A DNA stretch of 64,000 bases from Myxococcales bacterium (GCA_038320275.1 JBBQEB010000001.1:1-64000), one strand, 5' to 3'. Positions 31,475 to 42,513 are shown, numbered from the stretch's first letter. Notes: a model not told the origin generated them from the sequence alone. A program made the numbers and translations.

Positions 31475-31489
31475 GGACGCTTCGGTGCG

Positions 31490-31990
31490 CTACGGATTCA
31501 CGATGTCGGCGTTCTCGCCTTCGCCGCCGGGCTTCCCGTCCGCCCCGTAGCTCTTGATGTCGAAGCCGTCGGCGTGGACCTGGCCCGGCTGGAGGTAGAC
31601 GTAGTCGTTCTGCCAGGGATCCCTGAGCCCGGCCTTGCACTTGCCGGCCGTGACCACCGCCTGCAGCCCCTCCTCGGTGGACGGATAGCGCCCCTTGTCC
31701 ACCTTGTAGAGGTCGAGGCAGTTCTCGATGGTGTGCAGGTCGGTGCGCGCCTGCTTCACCTTGGCCTCGGTGAGGTTGTTGATGACGTTCACCGCGACCG
31801 CGGCGGCGATGAGCCCGAGGATGGTGATGACCACCATGATCTCGATGAGGGTCATGCCTCTTTGAGACGATTCCGCGAGATCCCGCTTTCGACCTGGGGC
31901 CGGTGCGGCCCCAGACCCCGGCAGCGTCATCCCTCGTTCGGCGGACGCCGCCAGCTTCCGCTTTCCTTCCATCAGATTCGAGCGCTCCAT
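31490..31990 (-). CDS. gspG: T2SS major pseudopilin GspG
   Basis: RG/MTLIEIMVV, GRYPSTEEGLQA, DPWQNDYVY, SYGADGKPGGEGENADI; start may be 31972. Confidence 0.92.
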   Translation of the reverse strand: MERSNLMEGKRKLAASAERGMTLPGSGAAPAPGRKRDLAESSQRGMTLIEIMVVITILGLIAAAVAVNVINNLTEAKVKQARTDLHTIENCLDLYKVDKGRYPSTEEGLQAVVTAGKCKAGLRDPWQNDYVYLQPGQVHADGFDIKSYGADGKPGGEGENADIVNP

Positions 31991-33223
31991 CTACATGCCT
32001 CCTGCGAGATTGTTCACCTGAAGGATCGGCATCAGGATCGAGAAGACGATGAACGCCACGATGATGCCCATCCCGACGATCATGAGCGGCTCGAGGAGCG
32101 AGGTGAGCGCGCCGATCTTCGTCTCGACCTGCGAGTCGTAGGCGTTCGCCACGTTGGTCAGCATCTCCTCCAGCTGTCCCGACCGCTCGCCGATGGCCAC
32201 CATGTGGTAGACGAGCGGCGGGAACTCGCCCGAGCGCTTCAGCGGCGCCGCGATGCTCTCGCCCTCCTGGATGGCCTGCCGGGACTCCTCGATCACCGTC
32301 GACAGCCGGACGTTGCCGACGATGTTCTTCACGATGTCGAGCGACACCAGGAGCGGGACGCCGCTCTTGAGGAGCGTGGAGAGCGTCCGGCTGAAGCGCG
32401 CGATGGCGATCTGCCGGACCAGGTTGCCGAAGAGCGGCGCCGTCAGCACCCAGCGGTCCCACGCCGCGCGGCCCGGCGGCGTCTCGCGCCAGCGCAGGAA
32501 GAGCGCCACGCCTCCGCCGGAGAGCAGGAGGAACACCCACCAGAAGTCGTGCACCGCGGTGGAGAAGGCGATGAGGCTGCGCGTGGTCCAGGGCAGCGCC
32601 ACCTTGGTGTCGGTGAAGATCTTCGTGATCTTCGGGATCACCACCGTGAACAGGATCCCCATGATGAGCGTCCCGATGCCCAGCATGGCGGCCGGGTAGG
32701 TGAGGGTGCCGATCACCTTGGAGCGCAGCCGCGCCTGCGACTCGGTGAAGTCGGCGAGCCGCACCAGCACGATCTCGAGCGCACCGGACGACTCGCCGGC
32801 GCGGATCATGTTCACGTAGAGTGGGGTGAAGACCTTGACCTGAGCGGCCATGGCGTCGGCGAGCGAGGAGCCCTCGTTCACCCGCTGGCGCACGTCGGAC
32901 ACGACGCGCTTCATCCGCTCGTGCTCCACCTGGTCGACGAGCGCCGAGAGCGCCTCGACGAGCGGCACGCCGGCGCCGACCAGTACCGCGAGCTGGCGGG
33001 TGGTGATGGCGATGTCGTCGGCGCTGATGCGCCCCCCGAGCCACTTGCGCACCGAGACGTCGCGCCGCGCGGCCGCGGCCGCCTCGCGCTGTCCCAGCAC
33101 CTCGGTGAGGAAGATGTCGTCGCGCCGCAGGACCTGGCGCAGCGTCTTGGGCGAGTCGGCCTCCTTGAGGCCGCCCACCGGCTTCCCGCGCGCGTCGAGC
33201 GCCTTGTACTCGAAGACCGGCAT
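31991..33223 (-). CDS. gspF: T2SS inner membrane platform GspF
   Basis: TRQLAVLVGAGVPL, MIRAGESSG, LTYP, IGERSGQLEEML, LLEP. Confidence 0.93.
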   Translation of the reverse strand: MPVFEYKALDARGKPVGGLKEADSPKTLRQVLRRDDIFLTEVLGQREAAAAARRDVSVRKWLGGRISADDIAITTRQLAVLVGAGVPLVEALSALVDQVEHERMKRVVSDVRQRVNEGSSLADAMAAQVKVFTPLYVNMIRAGESSGALEIVLVRLADFTESQARLRSKVIGTLTYPAAMLGIGTLIMGILFTVVIPKITKIFTDTKVALPWTTRSLIAFSTAVHDFWWVFLLLSGGGVALFLRWRETPPGRAAWDRWVLTAPLFGNLVRQIAIARFSRTLSTLLKSGVPLLVSLDIVKNIVGNVRLSTVIEESRQAIQEGESIAAPLKRSGEFPPLVYHMVAIGERSGQLEEMLTNVANAYDSQVETKIGALTSLLEPLMIVGMGIIVAFIVFSILMPILQVNNLAGGM

Positions 33224-33227
33224 CGGC

Positions 33228-35021
33228 TCAGTGGATGTCCTCGGCCGTGACCGACAGCACCTCGGCGGCGGTGGTGATGCCGCGCGCCACCTTGGAGGCG
33301 CCGTGCTCGAGGAGCGTCTGCATGCCGCGGCCCACCGCCGCCGCCTTGATGGAGCCCGAGTCGACGTTCTTGAGGATGAGCTGCCGGACGTCGTCGTCCA
33401 CCAGCATGAGCTCGTAGATGCCGGTGCGCCCCTGGTAGCCGGTGTGCTGGCAGGCCGGGCAGCCGCGCGCGCGGTAGAGCAGGGCCGGGTTGCCGGCGGC
33501 GGCGAGGACCTGGGGAGTGATATTGGCCTGGTCCAGCTCCTCCGCGGTGGGCGCGTACCCCTCCTTGCAATGGACGCACAGCACGCGCACGAGCCGCTGC
33601 GCGAGGACGCCGACCAGGGAGGAGGCGACGAGAAAGGGCTGGACGCCCATGTCGGCGAGGCGGGTCATCGCGCCCGCCGCGTCGTTGGTGTGGAGCGTGG
33701 AGAAGACGAGGTGGCCGGTGAGGGAGGCCTGGATGGCGATCTCCGCGGTCTCGAGGTCGCGGATCTCGCCCACCAGGATGACGTCCGGGTCCTGGCGCAG
33801 GAACGAGCGCAGCCCGCTCGCGAAGGTGAGCTCGATCTTCGGGTTCACCTGGACCTGCCCCACGCCGCCGAGCTGGATCTCGACCGGATCCTCGATGGTG
33901 AGGATGTTGAGGTTGGGCGAGTTGATCTTGGAGAGCGCCGCGTACAGCGTCGTCGTCTTGCCCGAGCCGGTGGGACCCGTCACGAGCACGATGCCGTGCG
34001 AGCGCGTGATGAGCGTGTCCATGATCTCGAGCTGCCAGGGCTCGAAGCCGATCGAGGTGAGGTCGAGGATGACGTTCGACTTGTCGAGGAGGCGCATCAC
34101 GATGCGCTCGCCGTTCGAGGTCGGCACCGTGGAGAGCCGGATGTCCACGTCCTTGCCGGCGATCTTGATGCGGATGCGGCCGTCCTGCGGCAGCCGCTTC
34201 TCGGCGATGTTGAGCCCGCCCATGATCTTGACGCGGGAGGAGAGCGCCGCCTGGATGCGCTTCGGAGGCCGGATGATCTCGCGCAGCTCGCCGTCGATGC
34301 GGTAGCGGACCGAGAGGTCGCGCTCCTCGGGGTTGATGTGGATGTCGCTGGCGCGCTCCTTCACGGCGCGGAAGAGGAGCGAGTTGACGAGGCGGATGAT
34401 GGGCGCCTCGTCGTCGGCGTCGAGGAGGTCGGTGGGCTCCTGCAGCTCGTGCGCGACCGACTCGAGGTCCTCGGAGCCGAGCCCCTCCATGATGCGGTCG
34501 TGCTCGTCGGTGGCCCGGTCGTAGACGCGGTTGATGGCATCGAGGATCGCCTGGCCGGGCGCGACCACCGCCTCCACCGGCGTGCCGAGCAACATGGCGA
34601 GGTCGTCGAGCGCGCCGGTGTCGAGCGGGTCGGCCAGCGCCACACGCGTCGCCTCGCCGGAGGGCCCGAGTGGCAGCACCTTGGCGTTCTTGGCGAAGTT
34701 GATGGGCACCCGCTTGGCGAGCTCGGCCGACGCCGCCTCCGCGTCCACCCTCGCGAGGAAGGGAAGGTCCAGCTGGGCGGCCAGCGCGCGGAGCACCTCC
34801 TCCTCGGAGAGCACCTTCGTCCGGACCAGGATCTCGCCCAGGCGAGCTCCCGCGTGCTCCCCCCGCTGCGCGAGCAGCGCCTCGTCCAGACGCTCGCGGG
34901 CGAGCGCGCCGGAGCGGACGAGGATCTCGCCCAGCGGCAGCCCCACGGCAGACGGGGCGTCGCGGTGCGGGAGCGGGGGCGGGGCGGGGAGCACCGCCAG
35001 CACGGGATCGGGCGGGGTCAT
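33228..35021 (-). CDS. gspE: T2SS ATPase GspE
   Basis: ASDIHINP, GPTGSGKTTT, LRQDPDVILVGEIRD, TGHLVFSTLHTND, Zn CxxC motifs. Confidence 0.95.
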   Translation of the reverse strand: MTPPDPVLAVLPAPPPLPHRDAPSAVGLPLGEILVRSGALARERLDEALLAQRGEHAGARLGEILVRTKVLSEEEVLRALAAQLDLPFLARVDAEAASAELAKRVPINFAKNAKVLPLGPSGEATRVALADPLDTGALDDLAMLLGTPVEAVVAPGQAILDAINRVYDRATDEHDRIMEGLGSEDLESVAHELQEPTDLLDADDEAPIIRLVNSLLFRAVKERASDIHINPEERDLSVRYRIDGELREIIRPPKRIQAALSSRVKIMGGLNIAEKRLPQDGRIRIKIAGKDVDIRLSTVPTSNGERIVMRLLDKSNVILDLTSIGFEPWQLEIMDTLITRSHGIVLVTGPTGSGKTTTLYAALSKINSPNLNILTIEDPVEIQLGGVGQVQVNPKIELTFASGLRSFLRQDPDVILVGEIRDLETAEIAIQASLTGHLVFSTLHTNDAAGAMTRLADMGVQPFLVASSLVGVLAQRLVRVLCVHCKEGYAPTAEELDQANITPQVLAAAGNPALLYRARGCPACQHTGYQGRTGIYELMLVDDDVRQLILKNVDSGSIKAAAVGRGMQTLLEHGASKVARGITTAAEVLSVTAEDIH

Positions 35022-37780
35022 GGGCGAGCGTCCCCCGGCGACGACCCGCGCCCTCCCGGTCCGACCGTCCCCTCGCCGGGCGAGCCCGGGCCGCCGTTCT
35101 CCAGCTTCTGCGACTCGGCCTCGATCTCCTTGCGCACCTTGGTGTAGGGGCCGGTCTTGCGCGTGTAGTCGATGGCCACCTTGTAGCCTGGCTGCTTGCC
35201 GTAGAACTGGTCGACGAAGTCCTGCTGCTCCTTGCGCTTCCGCTCCAGGATGCGGCGGTAGTCCGACTGGTCGCGGATGATGTACGGCGTCAGGAAGAGG
35301 AGCAGGTTCGTCTTCGTCTTGGTGGTGTCGGTGTCGCGGAAGAGCCAGCCCAGCACCGGGATGTCGCCCAGGAGCGGCAGCTTGTGGACGCTCTGGATGG
35401 TGCGCTCCTGGATGAGGCCACCGATGACGATGGTGCCCTGATCCTTCACCGAGATGTTCGTCTTCACGCTGCGCTTCGAGGTGGTGGGGCCGAGCACCGG
35501 GTCCTTGCTCGCGATCTCCTCCGTCTGTTCGTCGATCTGCAGCCGGACGTTGTCACCCTCGGTGATCTGCGGCTTGATCTTGAGACGCAGCTCCACGTTC
35601 TGGCGCTGGATGGGCGCGATGACCGAGCCGAGCCCTCCCAGGCCCAGGAGCGAGCCCACGCCGGTGGCCCCGGCGGCGCCGCTGCTCCCGGCGAGCCCGG
35701 CCAGGTTGCCGAGGCCGCCCGACACCACGCCCGCCTGGAACGGGACGTTCTGCCCGACCGTGATCTCGGCGTCCTCATTGTCCGACGCGAGCACGTGCGG
35801 GGTGGAGATGACGTTCACGTCGGAGCTCGTTTGCAGCGCCTGCAGCAGCACCGCCATGCTGGGGATACCCGGAAGCACGGCGCTGAGCTGCGTCGACGCC
35901 GGGCCGACGAGGCCGGTGAGGAAGCCGCCCAGGGAGATGAGGCTGAGCGGGGAGAAGGAGCTCACGCGCCCGGGCTCGGAGGCGAGCGGGATGAAGCCCG
36001 TCCCGTCCGAGGTCTTGTACGGGATGGCGGCGTGCGCCCCTACCCCGAGCTGCGTCTCGTCGGTGAGGTTCACCTCCATGATCACCGCCTCGACGAACAC
36101 CTGCCGCCGCGGCCGGTCGAGCTTGTCGATGAGCCGCTGGACGCTCGCGAAGTCGGAGCCGCTCGCGAGGACGATGAGGGCGTTCGCCACCTTGTCGGCG
36201 GTGATCTTCACCTCGCCGGAGAAGAGCGTGGCGGTGGTCCCCCCGCCCGGCGCCGCGGCAGGCTGCGCTGCGGGTTGCGGTGGCTGGAAGTTCCCGAAGC
36301 TGGTGGTCGAATGCGCGGGGGTGCTGCCCGTCTGCCCCTGGCGGCGCACCGCCGATTGCCCCTGCGCGAGCGCCTGCAGCGTCTGGGCGAGGTCTTCCGC
36401 CGAGGCGTTCTTCATGAAGACGACGTGGATCTGCCCCTCGCCAGCGGTGGGGACGTCGAGCTGCTCCACCAGATCCTTGATGCGCTGGAAGCTCTTCTCG
36501 TCGGCGATGACCACCAGCTTGTTGGTGCGCTCGTCGGCCATGACCTTGGAGATGGCGAGCAGGTCGTCCACGCCCGCTCCGAACGCAGGAGCTCCGCCCG
36601 GCTGAGGCACGGGAGCCGGAGCCGCGCCCGCGACACCTCCGATGACCGGCCGCCGGCCACCCTTCTGCGCGGCGGGCCCCGCGGGCTGCTGGAAGATCTG
36701 GTTCACCTTCTCCGCGAGGTCGCGGGCCGAGGCGTAGCGCACCTGGATGAAGCGGATGAGCTCTCCCGAACCAGGTCGATCGATGGCGTCCAGCATCCGC
36801 TCGATGCGCCGCACGTTGAGCCCGATGTCGGTGATGATGAGCACGTCGGGGGGGATGGACTGGATGTCCGCGCCCTGCGGGGACGTGAAGTTCGACATGA
36901 TCCCGCGGAGCTGGTCGGAGTCGGCGAAGCGCAGCCGGAAGATCTTCGTCACCGGCTGCTCCAGCGAGGGCGCCTCGCTGCCGTTCTCGAGCAGCGTCGG
37001 GATGGGCAACTTCTTCGCGTCAGCGATGCGGAAGAGCTTCGAGTACCGGCCCGAGGTGTAGATGCCGATGTTGTTCGCGGTGAGCGCCGCCAGGAAGGCC
37101 GCGTAGGCCTCCTCCGCGGTCACCGCGGTCCTGGAGAGGAGCGTGATCTTCCCGCGGGCGATGTCCTCGGTGAACGCGAAGTTCCGGCAGGTCCAGCGGC
37201 TCGCCTGTTCCAGCACGTCCACGATCTCCGCCTTGTTGAAGGCGAGCAGGAGGCGCCCCTGGAGCGGCCTGCAGGCGCCGTCCGCGTGCGCGCTTCCGCC
37301 GGCTGCGCCCGCTGCTGCGTCCGGCGCCGGCGTCACGACCGCCGTTCCGCTGCCGCGAGCGCCGCTGGTGGGGGCCGCCGCGGGGGGCGTCGCCGCGCTC
37401 GGGCCGCGCGCGCGGTCGCGCAGGGCGTTCGAGCGGAGATCCGCGGGCCCCGCGGAGGAAGGCGGGCCAGGGCGGGACAGGCCCGGGGGCGGACTGCCCG
37501 GCGGCGGCCCTGCCCCGGGTGATCCGGGGCTCACCATCCCCGGAACGGGCGCTGGGCCGGTGGAGCCGGACGGGGCGGCGCCGGGCTGCGGCCCGGGGCC
37601 AGCGCCCCCGGCGGCGGAGGCGGACGGTGGAGCGGGGGCCGTCGTAGGCTGAGCCTGCGCGAGGGTCTGGCCGCCGTCCTCCGGAACCTGGACCCCTGGA
37701 CGGGGCCGGCCGGCAGCCGTGACTGCGTCGGGCAGCGCCAGCACGGGGAGCGCGGCGAGCAGGAGCAGGAGCTTTCGCAT
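35018..37780 (-). CDS. gspD: T2SS secretin GspD with long Pro/Ala-rich N-terminus
   Basis: N0-N3 domains, LDRPRRQVFVEAVIMEV, LPLLGDIPVLGWLF, NLLLFLTPYII. Confidence 0.93.
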   Translation of the reverse strand: MRKLLLLLAALPVLALPDAVTAAGRPRPGVQVPEDGGQTLAQAQPTTAPAPPSASAAGGAGPGPQPGAAPSGSTGPAPVPGMVSPGSPGAGPPPGSPPPGLSRPGPPSSAGPADLRSNALRDRARGPSAATPPAAAPTSGARGSGTAVVTPAPDAAAGAAGGSAHADGACRPLQGRLLLAFNKAEIVDVLEQASRWTCRNFAFTEDIARGKITLLSRTAVTAEEAYAAFLAALTANNIGIYTSGRYSKLFRIADAKKLPIPTLLENGSEAPSLEQPVTKIFRLRFADSDQLRGIMSNFTSPQGADIQSIPPDVLIITDIGLNVRRIERMLDAIDRPGSGELIRFIQVRYASARDLAEKVNQIFQQPAGPAAQKGGRRPVIGGVAGAAPAPVPQPGGAPAFGAGVDDLLAISKVMADERTNKLVVIADEKSFQRIKDLVEQLDVPTAGEGQIHVVFMKNASAEDLAQTLQALAQGQSAVRRQGQTGSTPAHSTTSFGNFQPPQPAAQPAAAPGGGTTATLFSGEVKITADKVANALIVLASGSDFASVQRLIDKLDRPRRQVFVEAVIMEVNLTDETQLGVGAHAAIPYKTSDGTGFIPLASEPGRVSSFSPLSLISLGGFLTGLVGPASTQLSAVLPGIPSMAVLLQALQTSSDVNVISTPHVLASDNEDAEITVGQNVPFQAGVVSGGLGNLAGLAGSSGAAGATGVGSLLGLGGLGSVIAPIQRQNVELRLKIKPQITEGDNVRLQIDEQTEEIASKDPVLGPTTSKRSVKTNISVKDQGTIVIGGLIQERTIQSVHKLPLLGDIPVLGWLFRDTDTTKTKTNLLLFLTPYIIRDQSDYRRILERKRKEQQDFVDQFYGKQPGYKVAIDYTRKTGPYTKVRKEIEAESQKLENGGPGSPGEGTVGPGGRGSSPGDARP

Positions 37781-37802
37781 GGGCTGGGGTTCGCGGGGCC
37801 CG

Positions 37803-38780
37803 TCAGGATCCCGTGACGTTGTACTCCTTGCGGACGATCTGGCCGTTGCGGTCGATCTCGATGGTGATGTGCGTGGACTCGCGGAGCTTCTGGTAGATCT
37901 CCAGCGCCTTGTCGGGCGAGTTGATCTCGTACCCGTTGATGCGCTGGATGACGTCGCCGTTCTCGATGCCGATGGCCGAGTAGAGCGAGCCGGGCTGGAT
38001 GGAGAAGAGCTTGAACCCGTTCGCAGCCCCGTTCTTGAACGAGGGCACGAGCCGCGCCTGCGTCGCCACGGCGTTGAGGTTCGTGAGGGTGTTGTCGATG
38101 TAGCTCTTCTTCACGTCGTAACGGTTGTCGGAGACCTTCTTCACGCCGTCGGCCGGGGCGCCTCCCGCGGCGCCGTTCCCATCGTCGGGGACGTGCGCCA
38201 CCGCGCCCGCGGCGGGAGGTGACGCGCCGGCTCCAGGCTCGAAATCGAGGTATTCCTTGCGCCCATCGTTGCAGACGATGGCGGCCACCTTGACGGTGCT
38301 CCCGTCGCCTCGGTCGTCGCGCAGCCGCTCCACCGACAACAGCGAGGTGCCCATCACCGCGTCGCCCACGCCGTACACGTGCGCCTCGCGCGTACCGAGG
38401 TCGATGATGGTGGCCATCGAGTCCCGCGGAGGCGTCGCCAGCACGGCTGCCACGAGCTGAGCGTGGAGCCCGGACTTCACCGGAGCAGCATCGGAGGCCC
38501 AGCAGTTCTGGGCGCTCTGCGGCCGTCCGGCCTGCTGCTCCTCGACGGGCGCCGCGGGCGGCTTCAATCCCACCAGCGCGTAGAGCCGCGCAGGGTCGAG
38601 CTGCGGCGGACCGGCGGGGCGGGGCGGGGCGGCCGGCAGCGAGGCGAGATCCACCGAAGGCTTGGGCCGGATCAGCGACGCCGCCAGCGTGTTCACCGTG
38701 CGTGCCGAGAGCCAGGCCGCCGCGAAGAGGAGGGCCAGGTTGGCGGTCCAGGCGTATTTCTTGAAAAAAGTGTCGAGCAT
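37803..38780 (-). CDS. gspC: T2SS protein GspC (HR + PDZ)
   Basis: N-terminal TM, HR domain, GFKLFSIQPGSLY..GIENGDVIQRING. Confidence 0.88.
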   Translation of the reverse strand: MLDTFFKKYAWTANLALLFAAAWLSARTVNTLAASLIRPKPSVDLASLPAAPPRPAGPPQLDPARLYALVGLKPPAAPVEEQQAGRPQSAQNCWASDAAPVKSGLHAQLVAAVLATPPRDSMATIIDLGTREAHVYGVGDAVMGTSLLSVERLRDDRGDGSTVKVAAIVCNDGRKEYLDFEPGAGASPPAAGAVAHVPDDGNGAAGGAPADGVKKVSDNRYDVKKSYIDNTLTNLNAVATQARLVPSFKNGAANGFKLFSIQPGSLYSAIGIENGDVIQRINGYEINSPDKALEIYQKLRESTHITIEIDRNGQIVRKEYNVTGS

Positions 38781-38802
38781 GGGCTGCGCGGGGGCACCTT
38801 AC

Positions 38803-38818
38803 AGCAAAGGGCGTGCCC
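38803..38818 (-). promoter_or_regulatory. Sigma54 -24/-12 promoter of the gsp operon
   Basis: Minus strand GGGCACG-CCCT-TTGCT, 22 bp upstream of the gspC ATG. Confidence 0.75.
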
Positions 38819-38891
38819 GGCCGCGGCTGGCCTCAGGCTCGCCTGGAAAGCACTCCGCAGCCCGTTCCCACGCGCTGGCGAGGATGTGAGC

Positions 38892-38945
38892 TGACAATTT
38901 GGCAATCGGGGCGCCTTCCACCCCGCCGCGACCGCCAAATTGTCA
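38892..38945. promoter_or_regulatory. Putative enhancer (bEBP binding) sites: perfect 12-bp inverted repeat
   Basis: TGACAATTTGGC (38892-38903), N30, GCCAAATTGTCA (38934-38945). Confidence 0.65.
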
Positions 38946-38969
38946 CGCGGATGGCGACCCCGCCACCTT

Positions 38970-40355
38970 TCACTCCTCGTCGAGGAGCCGCCCCGCGTCG
39001 TCGCGCTCGAGCTTGCGGTAGATCGTGCGCGCCGCGATGCCGAGGAGCTGCGCCGCCAGCGTCTTGTCCCCGCGGGTGTGGCGCAGGGTCTCCCGGATGA
39101 CGAGCCGCTCCACCTCGTCCATGGGCGTTCCGATGGGGATGGCGATCGAGCCGGGCGCGGTCGCCGGCCCCGGCGCCCGCTCGCGCCGCAGCGCTTCCGG
39201 GAGGTCGCCCACGTCGAGGAGCCCTCCGCGCGAGAGCACCACCGCGCGCTCCACCGCGTGCTCCAGCTCCCGCACGTTACCTGGCCAGGGATAGGTCTCG
39301 AGCGCGGCCAGCGCCGCCGGCGTGAACCCCTCCGCTGCCTTTCCGTTCTTCGCCGCCAGCCTGCGGAGGAAGGCGCTCGCGAGGAGCGGCACGTCCTCGC
39401 GCCGCTCGCGAAGCGGGGGCAGGCGCACCGCCACCACGTCGAGCCGGTAGTACAGGTCCTCGCGGAAGCGCCCGGCGGCCACCTCGGCGTCGAGCGCCTT
39501 GTTCGTCGCGGCGACGATGCGCACGTCCACCTGCACGCCGGCCGTTCCTCCCAGGCGCTCGACCACGCCGTCCTGCAGCACCCGCAGGAGCTTCACCTGC
39601 ACCGCCGGCGACATCTCCCCCACCTCGTCGAGGAAGAGGGTGCCCCCGCCGGCTCGCTCGAAGCGCCCCTCCTTGCGGGCCACCGCGCCGGTGAAGGCGC
39701 CCCGCTCGTAGCCGAAGAGCTCCGACTCCAGGATTGTCTCTGGGATGGCGGCGCAGTGCACCGGGACGAAGGGCCCCGCCGCACGGGGCGAGAGGTCGTG
39801 CAGCATCCGCGCGGCCAGCTCCTTGCCGGTGCCGCTCTCGCCGGAGAGCAGCACGGTCGCCGAGGAAGGCGCCGCCTGGCGAAGCACGTCGAGGGTGGCG
39901 CGAAAGGCCGGCGCGTTCCCGATGAGCGCACCCGCCCCGACGCCCAATCCGGCGAGCTGCGCGCGCAGGTCGCGGTTCTCGGCGAGCAGCTTGCCCTTCT
40001 CCAGCGCCTGGCGCACCGACTTCACGACCGCGTGCCGCTTGACCGGCTTCGCGATGAAATCGTAGGCCCCCTCCCTCATGGCGGAGACTGCGGCCTCGAC
40101 GGTGCCGTAGGCGGTGACGAGCACGACCTCGGTGTCGGGAGAGACCGTGTGGGCCGCGCGGAGCAGGGCTTCCCCCGACATGCCCGGCATCATGAGGTCG
40201 GTCACGAGAACCGCCACTCGCTCGCGGCGGAGGATCTCCAGCGCCGCCGCGCCCGATTCGGCGGTGAGGACCTTCCAGCCTTCCTTGGCGAAGATCCGCC
40301 CCAGCGACTCGAGGTTCGGGCGCTCGTCGTCTGCGATGAGGACGAGCGGCTCCAC
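38970..40355 (-). CDS. Sigma54-dependent response regulator (NtrC family: REC-AAA+-Fis HTH)
   Basis: IADDE/TDLMMP receiver, GESGTGKEL, ESELFGYERGAFTGA, WPGNVRELE, HTH. Confidence 0.95.
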   Translation of the reverse strand: MEPLVLIADDERPNLESLGRIFAKEGWKVLTAESGAAALEILRRERVAVLVTDLMMPGMSGEALLRAAHTVSPDTEVVLVTAYGTVEAAVSAMREGAYDFIAKPVKRHAVVKSVRQALEKGKLLAENRDLRAQLAGLGVGAGALIGNAPAFRATLDVLRQAAPSSATVLLSGESGTGKELAARMLHDLSPRAAGPFVPVHCAAIPETILESELFGYERGAFTGAVARKEGRFERAGGGTLFLDEVGEMSPAVQVKLLRVLQDGVVERLGGTAGVQVDVRIVAATNKALDAEVAAGRFREDLYYRLDVVAVRLPPLRERREDVPLLASAFLRRLAAKNGKAAEGFTPAALAALETYPWPGNVRELEHAVERAVVLSRGGLLDVGDLPEALRRERAPGPATAPGSIAIPIGTPMDEVERLVIRETLRHTRGDKTLAAQLLGIAARTIYRKLERDDAGRLLDEE

Positions 40356-40381
40356 TGGCCGAACCTAAAGGGCGGACGCCC

Positions 40382-40618
40382 TCAGCGCCCGCCGTCCGGC
40401 TGCAGCAGGCCTGGCGCGGTGGGCACCGTCAACGGGCCGGGCGGCGAGAGGCGCAGCCCGGCGTCGGGCGCGAGAAGATCGAGGGAGACCGCGGGCGGCG
40501 CCCGGTCCCGCGGGAGCGGTTTCGCGGCTTCTGGCCGCTCCTGAGGGCAACCCGCGAGGAGGAGGGCGAGCGCCGTCAGCGCGACGCGCAGATCCCTCCC
40601 CGCCGCGCGCTCCCCCAC
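40382..40618 (-). CDS. Small hypothetical lipoprotein
   Basis: Hydrophobic stretch with LLLAG-C lipobox; fills the gap between rpmE and the regulator. Confidence 0.55.
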   Translation of the reverse strand: MGERAAGRDLRVALTALALLLAGCPQERPEAAKPLPRDRAPPAVSLDLLAPDAGLRLSPPGPLTVPTAPGLLQPDGGR

Positions 40619-40626
40619 GGCAGCGA

Positions 40627-41076
40627 TCAGGCGGACGGACCGTCGTCGGAAGCAGGCGCCGTGGAGGGCGCTTCGGCGGCCTCGCCCTCGGGAGCAGCCG
40701 GTTTGGCCTCGACCTTGGGCTTCGGCTTGCTCGCATTCGCCTTAGCGCGCTTGGCGGCGCGGTTCTCGTCCTTCACTGGAGCCTTCTTCGAGGCGGGCTT
40801 CGCTGCGGCGGCCTTGGCGACGGCCGCGGGGCTCGGCTTCGGCTCGGCGTTGGCGATGGCGCCGGAGGCCGCCGCCTGACCCGCGGAGTAGCGCGTCTTG
40901 AACCGTTCGATGCGGCCCGCGGTGTCCATGATCTTCTGCTTGCCCGTGAAGAACGGGTGGCACTGCGAGCAGATCTCGACGTGGAAGTCGCCGTGCGTGG
41001 ACCGGGTCTCGATCACGGCGCCGCAGGCGCACTGGATCTTGGTCGCCTTGTAGTCTGGGTGGATTCCTTCGCGCAT
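40627..41076 (-). CDS. rpmE: 50S ribosomal protein bL31 (Zn-binding type) with long Ala/Lys/Pro C-terminal tail
   Basis: [37 protein letters not shown]. Confidence 0.95.
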   Translation of the reverse strand: MREGIHPDYKATKIQCACGAVIETRSTHGDFHVEICSQCHPFFTGKQKIMDTAGRIERFKTRYSAGQAAASGAIANAEPKPSPAAVAKAAAAKPASKKAPVKDENRAAKRAKANASKPKPKVEAKPAAPEGEAAEAPSTAPASDDGPSA

Positions 41077-41139
41077 GATTCCCTTCGAGCAGGCCGCTTG
41101 CATGGCGAGAGTGCCATGGTCCGGGCCGCGAGGGGGCGA

Positions 41140-41168
41140 GGTCTAGTCCGTCGTGACCGCCGGGTCAA
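41140..41168 (-). promoter_or_regulatory. Putative sigma70 promoter of rpmE
   Basis: Minus strand TTGACC-N17-TAGACC. Confidence 0.45.
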
Positions 41169-41200
41169 GCGCGGGCCGGAGCAGGCAGTCGCCAGGGAGG

Positions 41201-42508
<1,308 letters not shown>

Positions 42509-42513
42509 CGTGA

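Noticed and set aside
30054..33044. 996-aa ORF and many other long Arg/Gly/Pro-rich overlapping ORFs
   Set aside because: Shadow frames of GC-rich genes; only 30054-30848 (GspI) carries a real motif.
25056..38780. Missing prepilin peptidase (gspO) as an anomaly
   Set aside because: It is commonly shared with the type IV pilus PilD encoded elsewhere.
41099..41116. Possible sigma54 promoter before rpmE (minus strand TGGCACT...TGCA)
   Set aside because: GG-to-GC spacing is 12 nt, not the required 10.
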